A stretch of DNA of 64,000 nucleotides. It comes from Macrostomum lignano. Lineage: Eukaryota. The DNA lies in assembly GCA_002269645.1 (NCBI GenBank), contig NIVC01000199.1, positions 248,001 through 312,000 of the forward strand. The letters are read 5' to 3'. Both the position numbers and the translations under genes were made by a program. The notes under the pieces were generated by a model. It had not been told where the DNA came from and did not search any database. It worked only from the letters and a program-made list of their open reading frames with translations. This document shows, piece after piece, positions 60,289-64,000 of this stretch (positions are counted from its first letter, which is position 1; every line of letters starts with the position of its first letter).

Positions 60289-63200
60289 ATGAGAAAACCA
60301 GCATCAAACATAGAGAAAAAGATTGTGGCCAAGATATTGGAGAATGTGCCAGACAATCAGTTTACTCCTATACCTTACTATGTGAGTTTGTTTAGGTTTT
60401 AAAAGGCAAATATAAGGTAGACAATAAAATATCAAATAGATATATAGATAAAGGAGAAAGGTCAAGTAGTACAGGGGCAGATTAGCAGTCTAGAATAGAA
60501 AGGGTGGATTGGGATTGGTAGAGGATTGAAGGGGCAAATTGGTAAAGGATAAAAGGTGCGAATCGGTAGAGGATTGAAGGGGCAATTGGTAAAGGATAGA
60601 AGGGGCGGATCAGTAGAGGATAGAAGGGGCGGATTGGTAGAGGATGGAAGGGGCGGTTTGGTATAGACAGATGGAAGGGGCGGATCGGTATAGGCAGATG
60701 GAAGGGGCGGATTGATGTAGGCAGATGGAAGGGGCGGATCGATGTAGGCAGATGGAAGGGGCGGATCGATGTAGGCAGATGAAAGGGGCGGATCGGTCTA
60801 GGCAGATGGAAGGGGCGGATTAAAGTGAACTAACAAAGCCACATTAAGCAATGCATTCAAGCCATCCCAACCAATCCCAGTACGAGCTGCTAGACAGTGT
60901 ACGCGATAGCGCCAGCGGCATAATCTGCACGGAGAGTCAGTCATGCATAGACTTTGTGCTGTACAGCGTGATCCGTGACGCCCTGTCAGAGTTGGCCACA
61001 GACGATGTAGGCAGCAGTGCTGACATAGCAACTCCTGTTGTGTATCTGCATCAGTCTGGTGAGAGCAGCCTTAAATTGTACTTTTGAGAATTTTTAAATC
61101 TTTATGTCAAGTCGCATTTAATATGAAATCTGCACACTCTCCTACGCACAGAGAGTCAGTGTCAGACAATTGCCGCCACGCTAAATCGCCACCTACCCTG
61201 GTTAGCAACTAATTCTCTTAACAATTTGGCCTATATCCTGGTTACCACGCCTGCTTTGTTGCATAGCAACCTGATGAAGGAAGCAGCGACTGCCGATTCA
61301 ATTGTTGGTAACCGACTAGTTGTGCTGGAGAATTCGGACCTCTACGCCGATTCGGGCACAGAAGATTGCCGGATAATACGGGAGTTGTTGGACTGGGCGA
61401 AGCCGAGACAGTTTGTCGGCAGCTCTGCCGGACTGCTGCAGGGACTGACTGGAGCGCAGGTGAGGCGGCTGGTGTGGGTTTCTGTCTGATTTTTTAGTTT
61501 TGTGCGCTGTGTGTGCACAGTGAGAAAGTCAGCGCCGCTGTACACCCGTGTGAGTGCGTGCTCAGAGTTTAGCGGAATTTGCGAATCTAACCTTTGCTTT
61601 GGTTGTTTTGGTTGTGCTTTGGAAGCCTCCCATCAGCTGCTGAGCCAGCCTCCCAGATCCTGAGTTGCTGAGCCCCCAGCCTCCCAGATCATGAGTTGTT
61701 GACCACCAGCCTCCCAGATCATAAGTTGTTGACCACCAGCCTCCCAGATCATAAGTTGTTGACCACCAGCCTCCCAGATCTCCAGTTGCTGAGCCAGCCT
61801 CCCAGAGTGTCAGTTGCTGGGCCAGCCTCCCAGATCCTCAGTTGCTGGGCCAGCCTCTCAGATCCTGAGTTGCTAGGCCAGCCTCCCAGTTCCTCAGTTG
61901 CTGAGCCAGCCTCTCAGATCCTGAGTTGCTAGGCCAGCCTCCCAGATCCTCAGTTGCTGGGCCCCCAGCCTCCCAGATCATGAGTTGTTGACCACCAGCC
62001 TCTCAGATCTCCAGTTGCTGAGCCAGCCTCCCAGAGTTAGTTGCTGGGCCAGCCTCCCAGTTCCTCAGTTGCTGAGCCAGCCTCCCAGATCCTCAGTTGC
62101 CGGGCCAGCCTCCCAGAGTGTCAGTTGCTGGGCCAGCCTCCCAGATCCTCAGTTGCTGGGCCAGCCTCCCAGATCTCCAGTTGCTGAGCCAGCCTCCCAG
62201 ATCCTCAGTTGCTAGGCCAGCCTCCAAGATCCTCAGTTGCTGGGCCAGCCTCTCAGATCCTGAGTTGCTAGGCCAGCCTCCCAGATCCTCAGTTGCTGGG
62301 CCCCCAGCCTCCCAGATCATGAGTTGTTGACCACCAGCCTCCCAGATCTCCAGTTGCTGAGCCAGCCTCCCAGAGTTAGTTGCTGGGCCAGCCTCCCAGT
62401 TCCTCAGTTGCTGAGCCAGCCTCCAAGATCCTCAGTTGCCGGGCCAGCCTCCCAGAGTGTCAGTTGCTGGGCCAGCCTCCCAGATCCTCAGTTGCTGGGC
62501 CAGCCTCCCAGATCCTCAGTTGCTGGGCCAGCCTCCCAGATCCTCAGTTTCTGGGCCAGCCTCCCAGATCCTCAGTTGCTGGGCCAGCCTCCCAGATCCT
62601 CAGTTTCTGGGCCAGCCTCCCAGATCCTCAGTTTCTGGGCCAGCCTCCCAGACCCCAGCCGTGAGCAGGCACTCTACACCAGCTGAAATGCCGATACCGC
62701 AGGGCCCCTGTCTGTCCGACCTGATCGCCGGCCTGAAGGCCACATTCCGCTGCCCAGTCACATTCGCATCTGACGTGCTCAGCGCACTGATTTACGGCGG
62801 TCAACCCGACGAAGAAGTCCTTGACTGTCCGTCACCGGATGACGCATTCGGCCTGTACACCTGCATGCGCCAGCTGCTGCAGTCCCACCTGGACTGGCTG
62901 ATGGATCTCGATCAGGAATTCACCGTGTCACCGCCGTGCTGTCCGGAGGCGAAGCAGTTTTGTATTAAAGCTTTGAGGCAGTGCCTGAACGGCTTGGACA
63001 ATCTGGGACCCTGGGGATGCAATGTCATTGCTAGGGTCTGCTTGAAGCACCTGGTTAGTTCAGATTCACTTTTGTTTGGAGTAAACTTGTGGGCTCGCAA
63101 AGATGAGTGGTCAGATGGAACAGAGGAAGAATAGGAAAAGAGTGCAGATGAGAGGTTAACGAGTGCAAAGGAGAGGTTAAAGAGTGCAGATGAGAGGTTA

Positions 63201-64000
63201 ACGAGTGCAGCTCTAGGAGAGGTTAACGAGTGCAAAGGAGAGGTTAAAGAGTGCAGAGGAGAGGTTAAAGAGTGCAGATGAGAGGTTAAAGAGTGCAGCT
63301 CTAGGAGAGGTTAACGAGTGCAAAGGAGAGGTTAAAGAGTGCAGAGGAGAGGTTAAAGAGTGCAGAGGAGAGCTTAACGAGTGCAAAGGAGAGGTTAAAG
63401 AGTGCAGATGAGAGGTTAACGAGTGCAAAGGAGAGGTTAAAGAGGGCAGAGGAGAGGTTAAAGAGTGCAGAGGAGAGGTTAAAGAGTGCAGAGGAGAGGT
63501 TAACGAGTGCAGAGGAGAGGTTAAAGAGTGCAGCTCTAGGAGAGGTTAGAGTGCAGAGGAGAAGTTAACAAGTGCAGAGGAGAGGTTAAAGAGTGCAGAG
63601 GAGAGGTTAAAGAGTGCAGAGGAGAGGTTAAAGAGTGCAGAGGAGAGGTTAGAGTTGAGCGGGGTCAGTGCAAGTCCCAGATTGAAATAGCGCCAATTGA
63701 TATTCAATATTTAAATGGTTATAAACAAACTGGCAACCATACAGGTAAGCCTGGAGCAGGAGCTGCTGCTAGAAGCTGACCAGCTGGCCCGCTGCCTGGT
63801 CAGATCAACCGTGACCCGCCTAGCGATGCTGCAGAAGCGGTTCCACGCCGTTCAAGAGCACTTCGCCGATGTTGACGATTTTCGTCGTTGCGTGCCGCCG
63901 AATGTGCATCGGCTGCTGGAGCTGCTGGCCCGCTTCCGGCCTCGGACAGAGTTTAGCATTGAATTTATTAATGAGAGCTTCGGTTGCGGTGGCGCTACTA
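60289..64000 (+). CDS. DCR1: Dicer-1-type ribonuclease, 5' part (helicase-like domain), truncated by the window end; exons 60289-60381, 60881-61058, 61152-61459, 62703-63053, 63745->64000
   Basis: FTPIPY|YELL, GIICTESQS, LVVLENSD, FRCPVTFASDVLSALIYGGQPDE, LGPWGC and PNVHRLLELLARFRP parallel the Drosophila Dcr-1 N-terminus (FTPRDFQVELL, IICLG, IVLEDCH, CQIETASDI, GPWC, SPKVRRLL..L..FKP). Junctions are phase-compatible. Confidence 0.85.
60490..60820. repeat. ~25-bp G-rich minisatellite GATGGAAGGGGCGGATCG.., Dicer intron 1
   Basis: About 12 variant copies. Confidence 0.88.
61625..62660. repeat. ~28-bp minisatellite GCCAGCCTCCCAGATCCTCAGTTGCTGG with higher-order blocks, Dicer intron 3
   Basis: About 35 units; variant GTTGTTGACCACCAGC recurs at 61695, 61985 and 62323. 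Confidence 0.95.
63135..63655. repeat. 21-bp minisatellite GAGAGGTTAAAGAGTGCAGAG, Dicer intron 4
   Basis: About 24 copies. Confidence 0.95.

Noticed and set aside
19078-63655. Tandem arrays as CRISPR-like repeats
   Set aside because: Units are contiguous without unique spacers, the context is eukaryotic, and there are no cas genes.
1-64000. SL RNA, snRNA or rRNA genes
   Set aside because: No recognisable match seen by eye; an Infernal/Rfam scan would be needed to exclude them fully.

Overview
Eukaryotic (animal) genomic DNA: GC-rich exons, GT-AG introns largely filled by minisatellites, AT-rich spacers. It resembles the flatworm Macrostomum (inference from style, not proven). The left plus-strand gene run is SNX1/2-like sorting nexin (apparent 1-nt frameshift in the last exon), FAM174-like membrane protein, HEN1/HENMT1 small-RNA methyltransferase and NSFL1C/p47. 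The central accessory block holds two intronless minus-strand 2xBIR+RING IAP paralogues flanking a ~3.1 kb 18-bp satellite and an unidentified exon pair, then an intact DD34D mariner, a Tyr/Arg-rich orphan gene and a secreted cationic 8-Cys peptide. The right plus-strand run is DSCC1, a membrane-anchored prolyl-4-hydroxylase-fold protein that lacks most catalytic residues, and the 5' part of a Dcr-1-type Dicer. tRNA-derived SINEs, LINE relics and MITE/Helitron ends are scattered throughout. Best leads: the P4H-fold pseudoenzyme, the myticin-like peptide, an AP-1/TATA antisense promoter inside the FAM174 intron, possible trans-spliced operons and the patchwork IAP duplication. Family calls rest on remembered motifs; no database search was run. 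Repeat boundaries are approximate.
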